In this document: positions 29,701 to 43,439 of the stretch, in pieces | Layout: the number at the start of each line of letters is the position of its first letter | Position numbering within the stretch: position 1 is the first letter of the stretch | Assembly (NCBI GenBank): GCA_051362555.1 | Contig: CM120640.1 | Coordinates: forward strand, 58,940,788 to 59,004,787 | Source of the DNA: Lingula anatina | Taxonomy: Eukaryota; Animalia; Brachiopoda | Direction: 5' to 3' | DNA: 64,000 bases | Translations under genes and position numbers: made by a program | The notes under the pieces: generated by a model | What the model was told of the DNA's origin: nothing | What the model saw: the letters and a program-made list of their open reading frames with translations, nothing else | Databases searched by the model: none

Positions 29701-32700
29701 TTTTGATCATTTCTGTCTATTATGATATTCATTCAACTGTTTAGGAAGTACATTTCAAAATTTTGTCATGTTGTTTAATTTCATATGAAAATACTACATA
29801 AGGATCAACTTCACATTAACACCATTATCACCTCTTTAGTGTATCCTACTGTATGATTACATACTATATATAAAAAGCAAATCCCAGATATTTCTCACAT
29901 TAAAAATTACCTTTCTTGTTTTCAAGCACTCATTACCTATGTTCTCAGTGTTGTACAGCCAGTCACAAGCTGTGAATATGCTGTCTGCTGTTGTGTGATA
30001 TATTTTAACACAATTTAGATCTGCACCCTGTTGTTTGAAAGACCTATTCTCCTTTCCTTTAACATAAATCATCATCTATCAGCAAACATAAGGAAAGAGT
30101 ATTGAAAAATTGGTTCAATCATAGGCAGACATAATTTTTGTATATTGAACCCATGAATTATTAGGAAACTAAAAATGCTATGCAGGAAGACTTTCTTGTT
30201 GAAACTATCAGTCAGGGGTCTATTTTTGAAAAAGTGGACCTTTTACCATAAAATCTTTGTATACCTAGATCAAATTTTACTTCGAATGGACCTTTTCTCG
30301 GTGAAAAGGTGGTTTAATCGAACCCTCAACCCCCCTCCCCCACACTACAGGTCTGAGAAGTGCACTTATACTTAAAAAAATTGAGAAGGACCTGAAAGGT
30401 ACTCTGACTGTCCTAATAACTGACTATCACTGTTCTTTAAGATGAGATTATGCTATCACAGCAGATATTACATTAAGGATTCGTATCACAGTTGTTCCAT
30501 ACACAATACAACCATGGAACACTATCTTTATTCTCAAACTGTTTCAACACTTGTTACTGACAACAGTTAAAGCTTCACCTTATGGTGGCAATCTGTCATT
30601 TTACGTTGATTATTAAAAAGGTTTGTCTCCAAAAATAAGAATAAGGTCCATATAGTAATATTCCACAACACTGATGTTCCTGATCAATTCAATATCATTT
30701 TAATGATACTTAAAATACTTGAAAGTACAGTAATTACTCAATCTATTCAATGGGGGGGGGGGGGAATTATGTTTTACAGATACTGTACTTTTTTTTCGGT
30801 CATAATTTCTTAAAATCAAAATATCTCTATTGAATGGTAACAACAAAATTAAAAAGCAGGCTACTCTATAGTTTTATTGTAGGTATTAAAGCACTATAAA
30901 TGCTATACAGAAATACAATTTTGTGGTTATAAAATTATGGATCAGAACATTTGATAATTTTTTTCATACTGAAAATAGTGAGTCAATACTGTATCAATAT
31001 CTTTAAAATTAAAAAAAAAATATTACTGTATTTGATAGTGCTGTCTACATAGCAAACCAATTTAAAACACAAGTTAAAGTATATTTTTCACAGCTTTCAA
31101 CTATTTGACAGAATAAACATACAACATTGGCAAAGTAATCTTCCCATAAAAATTATTTAAATGACAATAAACATTCTGATGTACTAAAAAAAAACTCTGC
31201 TTACTGGGCTTGCCTTGCAAACTGTCTATCCTAAAACATTACTAATCATGCTTCATGTGTTTCATATTTCCATGGCATACCACAGTAACTTTGGATTACA
31301 TGAACTTATCTCTGAAGGGCAATATTAAAGGGAGGTTTCTGCTTACATCATTGCCATCTTTTATAAAACCCAAACATATAAAAACTTGAGCTTTCATATT
31401 TTGTGCAAGCGGTTCTTCACATAGCTGTTAGACAACTTTAATTGTGAAAAAATGCCTTATTCACAACTGTGCATAAAAATTCTAGGGAAGAACCATGTAA
31501 TACAAAGCCTTGATGTATAGCCAATTCAACTCTCATCCTAAATTGGTAACAAGAAGATTCATTCTTTATAACAAATCACATCTATTTAAAATAAAATTCA
31601 ATTTATAAATTGAGAGGGCCGGTTAAGCATATCTCAAAATCTATCTAATTTGCAGACAAAATTTGAGGGAAAAGAGCCTAACTCTAACATCTGAGCCAGT
31701 GTTTCATGACTTGCCATCTAAATGAGCTATAGACAGAACACGTTCTTGCATACCTTTGCTCTACCACATAAAACAATTCCAGGTGTGCCTTTAGAAGCTC
31801 CTCTAAATGGCTGAACATTACATAAAATTACACACACAGTTAGGCCCTCAAGGACATTTGAACTAAACAGCTGCATCAGTCCACATTCACAGATTAAAGG
31901 GGAAAAAAACATAAGAAGAGAATTAAATTTGCCAGGCTACATCCCCGCCAACTGTTACCATTTAAATTAAAGTTAAATTGCATGTATCTATAGATATAGA
32001 TAATAAACTTTCACTGCTTAATCAGAATGTCTAAATTTTCAAACTGGCCTTTCACAGAGTCTACAACTTACTGTGTAAAGCACATAGCCAATTTGTTTAA
32101 ACTACTACAATAAAAAAATATTCACATTTTTGGACAGTTTCTTTTAAAAAGACATAATCTTAGTTCATTGTTGTCAAAAAGAATTATAAATAACAGTGGG
32201 ATTGGTAAAAACAACAAAAATGAAATAAAAGGGTCTATTACTTACAAAATTCTAGATACAAAGGTCCTCTTCCTAAAGATATTTCCTATATGACTTCTCT
32301 TTTCTATCTGTCCTAGCCAGGCCAAATTGCGACCAATATTAATAACCTATTGTCACGAGTCACTGGATAACAAATGGCAATTGTTTCCACACAACTGCTC
32401 AAAATGATGAAAGTTTTATGTACAGATAATTGGGCGAGGCATAAGATTGGTGTTTTGTGACAGGATATAATGATTTGATTAATCAAGAAAAAATGAATTG
32501 CACTTGTGGATTATACAATTTCTATACCTCCACTGGCAGACTAAGGTGTAATCAGATATGTATTCTTTTAATGAATATGATCAATTTCCTTTTTTGGAGC
32601 CCCGTCACTTTCTGCAAAAGGAGAAACAAAAGTAGCATCTAGTGCATTTATGTGCAATTTGAGGAAAAGGACCCACAAATATGAATTACCCATGACTTTT

Positions 32701-35700
32701 AAATAAAAATAGCATATACTCTTTGATGTTAGATAGAAAATAAATTGTTATTATATGGGTGGTACACAATAAATTCCTATAATATATTTATTACAATTTG
32801 CCCATGACTGAACAATATTTTCAAAGATTCATTTTACTGATAAAATAATTGAGCGAGCATATTTATAGAACAAGAGTTTTCCTCTTAACTTAAAATAATG
32901 ACAAACATTGCACATCTAATCCTAAAGGAGTTTTATGTCAATATCCTGTTAATACATTTTTAAAAGACAGTAATCTAAATAAAAATGCACTTATCTTGCA
33001 TGGAAGAAACTTACTTTTATACATCGGTACACCATTCAATTTGAAAATAACCCAATTTCATTTCAATTTCTATGTACAAGAACTGATGCTGATTCTTTTC
33101 AAATGAAATAAAGACTGTGAACCACTTATTTGCCTATACTTAACTTTCATTATTGCCGTGTGATTATCTAGATAAAGCTCCTACTTCAAATAATTGAATA
33201 AACATTAGTAAACAAAGGTTGTATTATATTTAAATTTATTGCGTAATTCTAAAAATTCCATTTCACATGCAAATACTAGTATGCATTTTTTAATAATTAC
33301 ATTTCATATATATCTGAAGGCATTCATTTTGCAAGCAAATCTGCATTTTTCTCCAAATCTTGATGCTGCTTATATTAGGATCAGTTTGTTTTTTTTTCAA
33401 CATTTCTTTTCTATAAATATTAATGATATCACAAAATATGTGTCAGTCTATGTATCAGGTGCGAGCAGAACGTGCTGGCAAGTCTTTAAAAGGATACCAA
33501 GGAAACAAATCTACAAAGAAAGCAGACTGACCTTGCAATTTGTAGACACCTGTTGGCATTCAAATAATAGGATGCAACATAATTTTGCGTTCTTATAGAT
33601 TAGGGCAACACTTTCACTTGACACACCACTTGACTTCAATGAACTCTATGTAACAGCTGTGAAATAATGTTGGATCCACCCACTCAATAGAAAACAGTAA
33701 GAAATTATATAAATTAATAAAATAATACAAAATATTGAGTGATTACTAATGGTGACATTCCCATTTGGTGATCCACTAAAACCAACAGCAAAGGCACCTC
33801 ATAACAATATTTTTAACTTTTACCTTTACAACAGATGTTATGATTTTGGTTCTTTTTGTTGGTCTGTTTTGTTTGTTTATGTGTTAGTAACAATTTGCAA
33901 AATGTTGTGTTCAGATTTTGAGGAAATTTTCAAAAACTGTTAAGAGGGGACCAGGGGATATTGGTGTCATTATTTAATAAAGTCTGTTGGTCTTTTAGCA
34001 ACATTATGCAAAATGACATTTTGATGAACTTTTCAGGCTAATTATTTAATTAGCAATTCAATTATTCATTGATTAATTAATCAATTCATAAATTGATTAT
34101 AATATAATTTATCTACAAATCATATAATTAATTAATACAGAGAATTGAGTGGTCTTGATGGAGGTCTACACCGTGTTTGCTTTTCCCATCTTACTTCTTA
34201 GCTTACTTCTTTTTTCACTTTCAGAACTGCTCTGCAGAGTAAATAAATCGAATTTTGGGGTCTACCTAACCAGGCTAAAGGAATTATTATTAGCAAGACT
34301 TATTTTAGTTGCCACAGCAGGAGGGTTGATTGCTCTGCAACAGTTTTTCAAGTGACAAAAATTGCTTGATTGTTGCAAAAATTTCTGTGCTTGATTGACC
34401 TCTAGTGAACCATTATGTAGAAGCACCTACACCACATTTCAAGTAACTTCACCATTTCTAGTTCAACATTATGTCTTTATCATGGCCCAAAGATACAATG
34501 TAAGCTAACATTAAAGCAGCCTTCAATCCATCTTTAGCTATAAACACAAACCTGTGTCAGTCAGACTCATCCTGGTTCAGTGTCAATGGACACCAAGACC
34601 TGCAAGTGCACTACTACTGCTCCACTAAACTGGAAACAAGTGATAATATCTGAAAAGCCAGTAGATTTGCATGATACCAAACAATAAATATAGATACCAT
34701 CTACAATTGCCTTTTGATACAAATATTGCAATATGTCAAAAACAGTTTTGGTCTTTTGCTGATAAATAAACTGTTTAGTAATGAGAACAAGGTCTTTTTT
34801 ATCTGATCTAGTTGATATGAGCCAGGTCCCAGGGCCATTATGTGGTCAGAGGTCAATCTAACAAATGAATAAAAAGATACATATGGCTGTTTTTTAACAG
34901 TTCAACAGTTCAACAGTCAATTCAAATTTGCCAAGATTTTAAGTAGAGAGAATTCTACTTGAAAATTTGAAACAACGAACTCAAAGGAAGCAATTACCAA
35001 CAAAGGTGATCAAGTTATATTTCAATGTAAAAAGAAATAAATAAAACGGACAGTTTTATGAAAATAGTAGAATTTTTTTTTTTAATGTGAAAATGAATAA
35101 GGTCTGTGGCCAGCATACAATTTCAAAGGGGAGTTCTTTATGTGAAAAGATGGGCCTTTCTGTCATAATGGCATTGATATGGTGCATGAAGCAACACCAT
35201 GCAAATATTTGGAGTAATGGTGGGTGTGGATGGGGTGGGGATGAGACAGGACACAGTTCTAACCATTATAAAATGTTTTTGGGCATTTTGATGGAAATGC
35301 ATAACTCTCAGGTGTTAATGCAAAGTGAAAGTCACATTAAATGAAAATGACCATCTCACATAATGCTGGGTGCCTGACAACTTGCAAACTTCTCCTGCAA
35401 ACTTCTCAAAATCTCCTGACAGCATGAAAGATGAATCATGTCAACATAACATGATGAATCAAAAGCCAAAATCAAACATATTGCAGACTGTTGTCTTGTC
35501 ATTGATAGTTTCATCATAATTAATATGCTAACAGTTACAAACATAAGTCTTACTCCTAAATAAATTGTTGCCAAGTTAAAAATCTTCAGTAGGCTTGTTA
35601 TCTACTCACAGTGTCTATGACAGCGAGATGACAGTCCCCCAAGAAGGAGTGATTTGTTAATATTATCTGTGGAAATCTTTAATGTCTAGTAATTTGTGAA

Positions 35701-38700
35701 TTATCTCCCATATTTTTTGTGGCATTTCAAAGACAGGGTTCAGCCAAAATATATCTATTAACACAGCTGTTTCTAACAAACATTTAACTTGGCTTGAGCC
35801 AGCACAAAAATGCTTGCAAGAATCTTGTAAAAAATTAAGCTTGTCAAAATAAAATAACCCTGTCCTTTTTTTTCTTTGCAGCAAGTTTAATAGCAGATTT
35901 CGCCCTTTGATGTAGTACAGTGTCTAAAACTAAAATCTGCCTCAGGGGCGGATTTAGGCCGTCTTCTGGGTCTTCCAGAAGACGGTCAGATTTTCAAGTT
36001 TACATTGACGGGTATCCAATTTTTAATGTTGGAAGACGGTCAAAATTGGAGGATGAATCAACAAAGATAATTTGGAAGACTGTCAGTATATAGCTCTGGA
36101 TCCGCCCCTGTGCCTGGAGCCCAAATTTTGATAAATGTGCATCACATACATCATAATATCATCTTGGGTATCATGGGGAACTCCCTGTAGTTAGGATTTC
36201 ACACCCCCTTCAAGGAGGCTTGTCAGTTTTATGAAGAGGGATGAGATATGATAATGATGGAAGAAAAATGGTACTATGTGTATAGTTTCATCACTGGCCC
36301 CTCTCCATCTACTTTCATTAATAAATTCAAAAGTGTTTCAATTCTTGCCAAATGTCACTTTCCTCTAAATTATTCATTCTTCCTTAACTATAAATGAAAG
36401 GAGTAAAATGTAGACGAATTCAATGTTTATATTTACTAGTGTCATCATAAAGAAAAGTGCCATACATCCATACTGATAAACAAGATATAAACTAAAAATA
36501 AAAGGAAAACCATTATCAAACACTCCATTGCATATTCAGTATTCATGCTGACATTTCAATTACTCTGTTTGTTTCACAGACTAACATTTCAAATGTATAG
36601 CATTTGCTGGCATCATACGAGTTAATTTTTTCTAGTTAACAACATGAACTATATCCAACATATCCATTGGACCATTTGGGTCTCAAAATCAATTAGAAAG
36701 TTTTAGCTAAAAAATTCATGTGTGTATGACCATGAGGATCCCATGTTTGTAGAACTTTTGACAAACCTTGAACTCACCATGAATTGATCAGTCCAAGGTG
36801 GAACTTAGGGCACACCACAGATCCATTCATCATCCAAATTAAGCCAATTAAGTACCAGGCCACACCCATGGACATTTAAGTCAGTGTTTCTTCAAATATA
36901 GCTTCAAATGTAGCTACAGTCAAGACCAAGACACCCCCCCCCCCCCCCCCCCAATTACAATAATTACAATTTCTTTCACAAACTAAATCAACAGCCATCA
37001 TTTCAGACCTCACACTGGTTATAATGGTTAAATCCCTTATTAGATGTTTGGCACTTACTCAAATCATGAAAGTACATCTCATCAAATTATTTGGCCATGT
37101 TGCAATTTTATAACCTTTTCACAAGAAACATTTTCAATTCTAGCATTCAAGATTAAAAAGGTCAATCAGACAAATGCATAGATACTGAATGACATTTGAT
37201 GATGAAACAAAGTCTCACATCATCTATCATCTACATAAAATATCTCTAAAAATATCTATAAAAACCCTACCTTAGTGAGCTAGTCTTCAAATACTGCAAC
37301 TTTGTCTACAATATAAGATGCGAGGCATGGTTCGTGGTTAATCATACATTCACACTGCAATTTCACCCTGGGTTCCACAGAAAATCCTCTGTGCCTTTGC
37401 AGATGGGGTTAACGTAAAATATCTATTGCTCTTGCTTAAGAAAGGGGTCACTCTGCCAAATCATTGGTAACTCATCTTATTTAGAAGTGCAATTTTCAAT
37501 AGATTCACCAAGGTGTTTCCTTCTTTTATATAAATGTGTGGTCATGCAAAAATGAACACAAGAAATGCTAGCAGCAAGGACACCCTAATACCAAATACAG
37601 TAGGCTGAAATCTAGATAGGCGAGTATTGGAGGAAAGATGTATATTGTTTTACCAGATAATATCATAATGAAAGTAAAAAAATTATTACTTACAAATCTA
37701 GCAAATTTAGCACATGTTAAAAAGACATAACAGAGGTTGTCAGCCACATGATAAAACCTCAAATTACAGAGGTGGTTTCACCTTATGAGTTGACACATAC
37801 TTCCTCTGACACTGGATATGACATTTTACAAGTAAAATACAGCAGAACTAGCTGTTAAGTTATATTTAACTTCGAAAACCTAAATCTCTTCATTAAATTG
37901 AACCCATGCATTATTCATATCTGAATTGTGTTTACAAGTAACTTCAATGTATAAACAACAGGTCCTAACCTGGAAAATAAATCTTCCATAAAAAGTTGAA
38001 CCACTTGTCATAAGGATTGCAGTTTTGTTTGTATCAATAAACCATTTAGGTATCACCAAAATTTTTAAAATTCCTCCTGTGCTGGGGAAAAATAAGGTGG
38101 TTCTATTTATTAGCTTGTTTTAAAAGTTCTAAGTTTAACATATATAACATTTTTGTTGGTACTGTCATTTTACACCAACAACACTTATCCTCCCTTTTTG
38201 AGAAACTCAGGAGCAGTATATATTGTGGCAGCTTGTAATGTGCATATAGCAAAGAACAGGGAACATAGCAAGTGCAGAATTCCAAAAGGCAAAAGTATTG
38301 TTAAAAGTGTAGCCTTGACTCTTGCAAACTAACAAATAAATTTCAGAGGATTATATGGCCTTTTCACACTGAGCATTATATCTTAGCAATATGGCTGTAA
38401 TGGGTATGTTATGAGTTGTTCTACAATGCGATTACTCTACAGCAGACTTATAACTCCCCTTCACAAGTGCGACTACAAGAATATACTGCTGAAACTGGTC
38501 TCATGAGCTTTCCTGCAGACCAACAGGTGACAGCCATGTTTGTTCAATTCTTAACCCGCCGATATAAACCATCACACATAAAAACTTTCTTATGGGTGTT
38601 GAGTCACAAGCACAAGATAGCAGCTAAGGTATTCAGACCCCCTCAAATATAATACTGGACACGAAAAGGCCTTAAGAAATTTCTCTGACAAAGATGCCCA

Positions 38701-41700
38701 TATTGCAGTAGATATTTAAGAGAGTACATGCAGTAAAATGTAGTAGAGTTTTAATTACAAAAATTTATATGCACTTTAAAGAAAAGTAGAGCCCAATTTC
38801 AGTCTCGCTCATGTTTGTGTCTTGTACTGCAGACAGAAGTGTAATGCTTAATAATCAGGTCCTGAGAGGCTTAATGTGGTTTTCAGTAATATTTTCACAT
38901 TCCAAATTACAGTGAAAGTTAGAGTGAGCTAAGAAGTTGAGGAACATGCTTAAAATGATCCTATATATGTCACTTATTCAAAAGTGGTTTTTGATGAACC
39001 TCAGAAAAATGTTCAATAACCAACCCGTGATCTCTCAGACAACCACATGCAATTTTCAATCACTTGAACCAATCAAGGCATGCAACTAACGTCAAGAGAA
39101 AAAAGTCAATAGAGATACCAAAAATACATGCGTAATTAAGGCTACAGACACCACACCAATGCAGGTCGATCTAATTTATCTGGATCTTTTCACGAAGTAT
39201 ATCAGAAGTCTCCCAGTCAGTGCACAGTGCATCAAATACATATGTAACAAGTAATGACACATGAGATATCATCCCTTTCATTTTCAACTATTTTATACTT
39301 ACATTATGTTCTTCTTCATAAATTTTGTTTACCAAGGCATTTCTAATTCTAACCTTTGAAGGTCTACAGACTCACAGACAGTTTGTCGTTAAAAATCAGA
39401 TTAAATATGTCTCACTACTAACACTGCCTTAATGTATTCTCAAGTCAGGTAATAATGCCCTGTACTTAGTAACATGCAAGGACGGTGTTTGAAAGACTTT
39501 TAGATATCATTTTTTTAAAACCATGCATATAATACAGGTATACTTAAACTCTTCTTTTCATCTATTCATTTAAAGGGATAATAACTCTTTGTATGAGATC
39601 TATATTTCACAATAAAAACATTGTGAATAACTCATAGAAACATAATATATTCTGTTGTACCACAAAAATGGCAGTTATAGCTATTATTCTGATATCTGAG
39701 CTTGTCTTTAGACCATGTGACCTCCATTGATGGCTATACTCTGTCAAAATCTCTTAAGAGATTTTAACAAAAAACCAAACTTTTTAGAAAAAAACAGGGA
39801 CTAAATTTGAATGTAAAAATGGATTCATTAACCATTGGTAAGTATGGGAAAATTGTTGTTTACTCCAGGAAAATTCATTTTTTGGCCAAAACGAAGAGTT
39901 ATTATCCCTTTAATTTTGTTGGGCTCTTACTGGTTTATCAATACATTACAGTTCACATATATAAGAAATAATATATCCTTTTTTCATTTTCTATGAACAT
40001 CTTTGAATATTTTATAGTGTCTTTGTAGAATTCTGAATTGTACAGTACTCACAATTACAATTTTTAAAATAACGCTGAACAATAAACCAATGACAAAAAG
40101 GACTCTGATAAAGGTAATTTTTTTCAGTTACTGCAAAATGCCTAAATTTTAACCAAGAAATCTGATAGAAAATTCTCACATAAGAATTCTTAAATACACT
40201 ATAAATGAGCATTAAGCAAACACTGATGATTAAACACTGTCACATCCTCATAGCAGGGAGCATCTTATATGACACAAACCATCCAAAATGTGATTGGTAT
40301 TCCTAGCATAAATGCAATTTTCAAAACAGAAATCAATACGAGCCTTACCTGTCAAAATAAGTGATTTTCAAGACAGAAAACAATATATACCTTACCTGTC
40401 CAAATAAGCTGTAGGTAATCACATATTACATGTTGCCACTAGGCTCCATGCTGTAATGTACAGTCTGGGTAGTCCCTTATCAACAGAACAATCTCACTGT
40501 GGTTGGTTGGTGGGTTTGTATCTCCATAACGTGGCCAGGGAGAATAATTCATGATCTGGGTCAGTGAGAAAATTAACCTGCAGTTGTCTCACCTGAAGTA
40601 CCACCCTGGTGCTTATACCCTACACTAAGGACCCTAATTATGACTACCCTCTAACAAGTCAAAATGCTAAATGAGATATCAAATATGTGTGAGTATCAGG
40701 GTAAAAGTACTACAGTCTCCCACTGCAACCTACAATTATGTGTAATTACCTTCTACGATATAAAAGAATGATAAATTAAATGTCTTCGTATATAACAACT
40801 GACCACACAAGTCCTGACTGTTTCCCCCGACTCAAACTGCCTTAGATATCAAGGTACTGGTCTGCACTGCTCAAAGAAACTAACTTCGTTTTAAAAAAAT
40901 TGACCAAGCATCACCCAGAAGAAGTACATTGTATATTTTCTCTGAATGTAGCAACTAGTTCTTTTTCGACAAAAAAAAAAAAAAATGTATATTACTTTTG
41001 TAGACTAGCTACCTGAGATTTATCCTGTGGCCAAGAATAAGAAGAAACTTAATCATAATACTGAAAAAAACTTTTGACTCCAGTTGTTTTGTAAAACAAG
41101 TCCCTAATGGACCTACACAACATCATTACAACAATATTGGTTCCTCTGGATGGAGGACTCACCTAGAAACACTGATATCCATCTGTGATAACGCCACATT
41201 AACAACCAGTCAAGTGAAGATTACGTGAACTAAGAGAACCTGCTACAGAACAGCATCACTTATATTTTCATCAATAATGTTGTCTTATTATGACTCAAGA
41301 GATTGTCCATTATGGCCCTAATGATATTAATATCTGACTACACAAAATTAACTTCTTGCTGATATGTACACTAGTAGGAGGACAATCACCTATATTTAAT
41401 GAATTTCCCTCCAAAAATCAATGCTTTATCAGCATATCCCAGTGTATAATCAAAACTGAAATCCAATCAGGTAATTCCTTCCTATAAAGAATCTGAACAG
41501 AGGAAATAGGGCGTAAAACCAATCCAATTTATATAATCAAATGTAACAATGTCAATCAATAATCAATAAATGAGCTAAAAGTATTGCCCTAAGGCTAACC
41601 CTTAACATTTGATACTTGCATTTCAATATTGATGATATTTCCAGCAGTACCATTGTAAATTCCTATGCAAATACAGTTTTTGTCTTGGGGTAATTTTGAT

Positions 41701-43411
41701 CAAATTGCTTTTCAAATTTTTTTCCTTTCATGATTACATACTGACAGCTTGGGGTTTTTCATTTATCACTTTATTTCATTATAATACTTAAGAATAATTA
41801 AGCATTTCTTAAGTTAAATGCTTCATTATGGTGCTAATTAGAGCAAACCAACAAATTGCAAATAAGTTGGCATTACTGTCAATGTAATGTTAAAAATTAT
41901 AACTCTCTGGCATCTAACAGCTTTTACAATGGGCAAATACTACTAGCTATGCAAGTTATGAATAAATGATCAATACCAAGTCAATAAGATAACCTCACCT
42001 AGAACTATATATCTGTCAAACTGAAAATTTTATCCATAATAATTCCACAGTAGCTATATTTCTACTAACAATTACAATTATTTTATGGTGCACTCCATAA
42101 ACATCTCATATCACATATCAAAGCATTTTAATGAAATATTTGTTTTACCACATTTACCTTCAGTTGACCTGGTGTTTACCAAAATTTTTACGTTCATAGC
42201 TATCATTAAAAAAGCATTTCCAATGAATATTTTTTCTTTTGCATGTTTATATTTTATATTTTTTGATAATAATTATTCTAAAATTTAACTACCAAGGCTA
42301 TTTTTTTCTCATTGTAATGTTATTTGACATGCATTCTTAAAAAAAAACTATATATTATCATTAACTTATTCCGTTAATTTATTTTTCTCTTTTTTAACTT
42401 ATTTTTGTTAATATGCAGCTGTACGGATATCACAGTATTTCCTGAAGTATTGAATAATGATTACAATTCATTGATAAGACTGCAACACAGTGAGTTGGAG
42501 TTGTACACAAAATGTTAAGGGCACTGCAATAATAAAATATTTAATGAAACTAAATTAAAAGATTGCTACTGGAGCTTTAACACTACTGCAAGTGGTATAA
42601 AGTGGTACATTTAGGTGCTCTTTCACTTCATATGTTCTTTAAAATGTTCAATAGTTAAATCATTTAATTATTGAAAATTTCAAAGTGCATCCTAATCTTT
42701 AAACTTTACCACATCATATCAATTGTTGGTTCCTAAAAACTATGGATTGCTCAATTGAAGTATGATTAAGTTTGTCAGGGCTTTAAGTTATTTTGTGAAA
42801 GAAAGTATTGCACAGGCAGGGTCAGAACTTCATCATAGCTTTTCACAAATTCAAGAGATTAAATTTAGGTAAATTGAGAAAAAATATCTTCAATGCTCAA
42901 CTTTAGACAAACTCTTAAGTTTAATTGTGTTGCTCTGATAGTGCACACAGTACTTTGGTAAACTCAATCATTTCTATCAGATTTCAAAGGAAATAACCTC
43001 ATGGTCCTGAAGCTTCTCAAACCAAAATACATATAAAATCTAGCAATGTTTTCTTCATAAGTAAAGCACGCATACCTCTCTCTTCAGTTTCCATTCTACT
43101 TCCCCAGCAGCCTTCATTTTGTTTTTCAAAACAGCTTGTGGTTGACACTGACATGATATATCCACGCAACTTTTGTGTGTCCAATATTTTCCAATCGTTT
43201 CCGATTTGGTTCCTAGCTCAGACTGTGTCCTTCTTACTTTATGGCGCATTTCTTTACTCTTTAAATTCTGTCCAACACTCCCCAATTTAGCAGGACAGCT
43301 GCCTGAAACATGCGGTTTTCCAAACTCTTGAACTTCATCCAGTGAAATCCGGTGTTCAACTGGGGGAAGAGAGAGGCGATGGCTCCGTGGAAATATTTCC
43401 TTAAAAGACAT
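6475..43411 (-). CDS. Dbl-homology (RhoGEF) domain protein, 5' part; gene continues beyond the left edge
   Basis: Phase-consistent GT-AG exons: 43411-43076 (least certain), 27847-27664, 23721-23622, 22256-22166, 12437-12392, 11573-11504, 6586-6475. The joined sequence reads ...RYQTVYNLLQSERIYQLALKSIFEVYAEPLRKF...ILLFSGAEALLSLSSMLTLRLEHTLELWDPGTSRIGNLFSKQFWLRYEEY...KEFVQFC...SIGSLLFLP. This matches the DH pattern E.I..E..Y...L / LF.N.E.L / W....IG..F / L.SLL..P(VQR). Confidence 0.82.
8650..8703. repeat. Compound microsatellite poly(T) + (GA)n
   Basis: About 23 T followed by about 15 GA units. Confidence 0.95.
11504..11573 (-). CDS. RhoGEF gene DH exon
   Basis: GNLFSKQFWLRYEEYQRNFKVIR; cttacag / gtgagt boundaries; phase 1->2. 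Confidence 0.85.
12392..12437 (-). CDS. RhoGEF gene 46-bp DH exon
   Basis: LEHTLELWDPGTSRI(G); ttttccag / gtaagt boundaries; phase 0->1. Confidence 0.85.
22166..22256 (-). CDS. RhoGEF gene DH exon
   Basis: KFTSQSREDHILLFSGAEALLSLSSMLTLR; ttttag / gtaagt boundaries; phase 2->0. Confidence 0.87.
23622..23721 (-). CDS. RhoGEF gene exon, start of DH domain
   Basis: ADHRYQTVYNLLQSERIYQLALKSIFEVYAEPLR; phase 1->2. Confidence 0.87.
23844..27187 (-). mobile_element. Non-autonomous Helentron/HINE-like element, family A copy 1 (complete, in RhoGEF intron)
   Basis: 15-bp subterminal inverted repeats TATTGTACCACCAGC (23879-23893) and GCTGGTGGTACAATA (27172-27186). One end has the hairpin TGTACCGCCAGCG-CTAA-CGCTGGTGGTACA and a (GCCGGCGGA)n microsatellite. 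The other end has the hairpin GAGGCG-ATAC-CGCCTC and CTAG. Inserted in an AA/TT context with no TSD; near-identical second copy at 48393. Confidence 0.88.
24050..26200. repeat. Tandem array of 146-bp satellite, ~14.7 units, inside family A copy 1
   Basis: Unit starts at 24050, 24195, 24341, 24487 ... 26092. Confidence 0.97.
27664..27847 (-). CDS. RhoGEF gene acidic exon
   Basis: ttttacag / gtaggc boundaries; GSTSTDEDS...EEEEEEEDEED...; phase 0->1. Confidence 0.8.
35943..36110. mobile_element. 168-bp MITE, TIR CAGGGGCGGAT, 5-bp TSD TGCCT
   Basis: CAGGGGCGGATTTAG ... CTGGATCCGCCCCTG (13/15 match); TGCCT at 35938-35942 and 36111-36115; internal GAAGAC(G/T)GTC sub-repeats. Confidence 0.85.
38420..38650 (+). 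pseudogene. Decayed tyrosine-recombinase N-terminal (SAM-like) fragment from a DIRS/Ngaro or Crypton-type element
   Basis: Translation TYNS...LQEY...FPADQQVTAMFVQFLTRRYKPSHIKTFLWVLSHKHKIA resembles the YR pattern FP....V..F..FL...Y.PSTI.TYLS.L...HK...G..DP. Recognised by eye only. Confidence 0.5.
43076..43411 (-). CDS. Probable first coding exon of the RhoGEF gene
   Basis: ATG (ACCATGT) at 43411, 112 open codons, donor GAG|gtatgc in phase 0 matching the next exon. It lies just downstream of a CpG-rich promoter-like region. Confidence 0.6.
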
Positions 43412-43439
43412 GGTATATATCTTTAATAAGTACGACAAT

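Noticed and set aside
30210-30355. Possible decayed MITE end (CCCCC...CTACAGGTCTG)
   Set aside because: No matching opposite TIR or TSD found.
34038-34135. 18-bp palindrome ATTGATTAATTAATCAAT (34068-34085) in a TAAT-rich patch
   Set aside because: Low-complexity AT-rich sequence with no TSD or other support.
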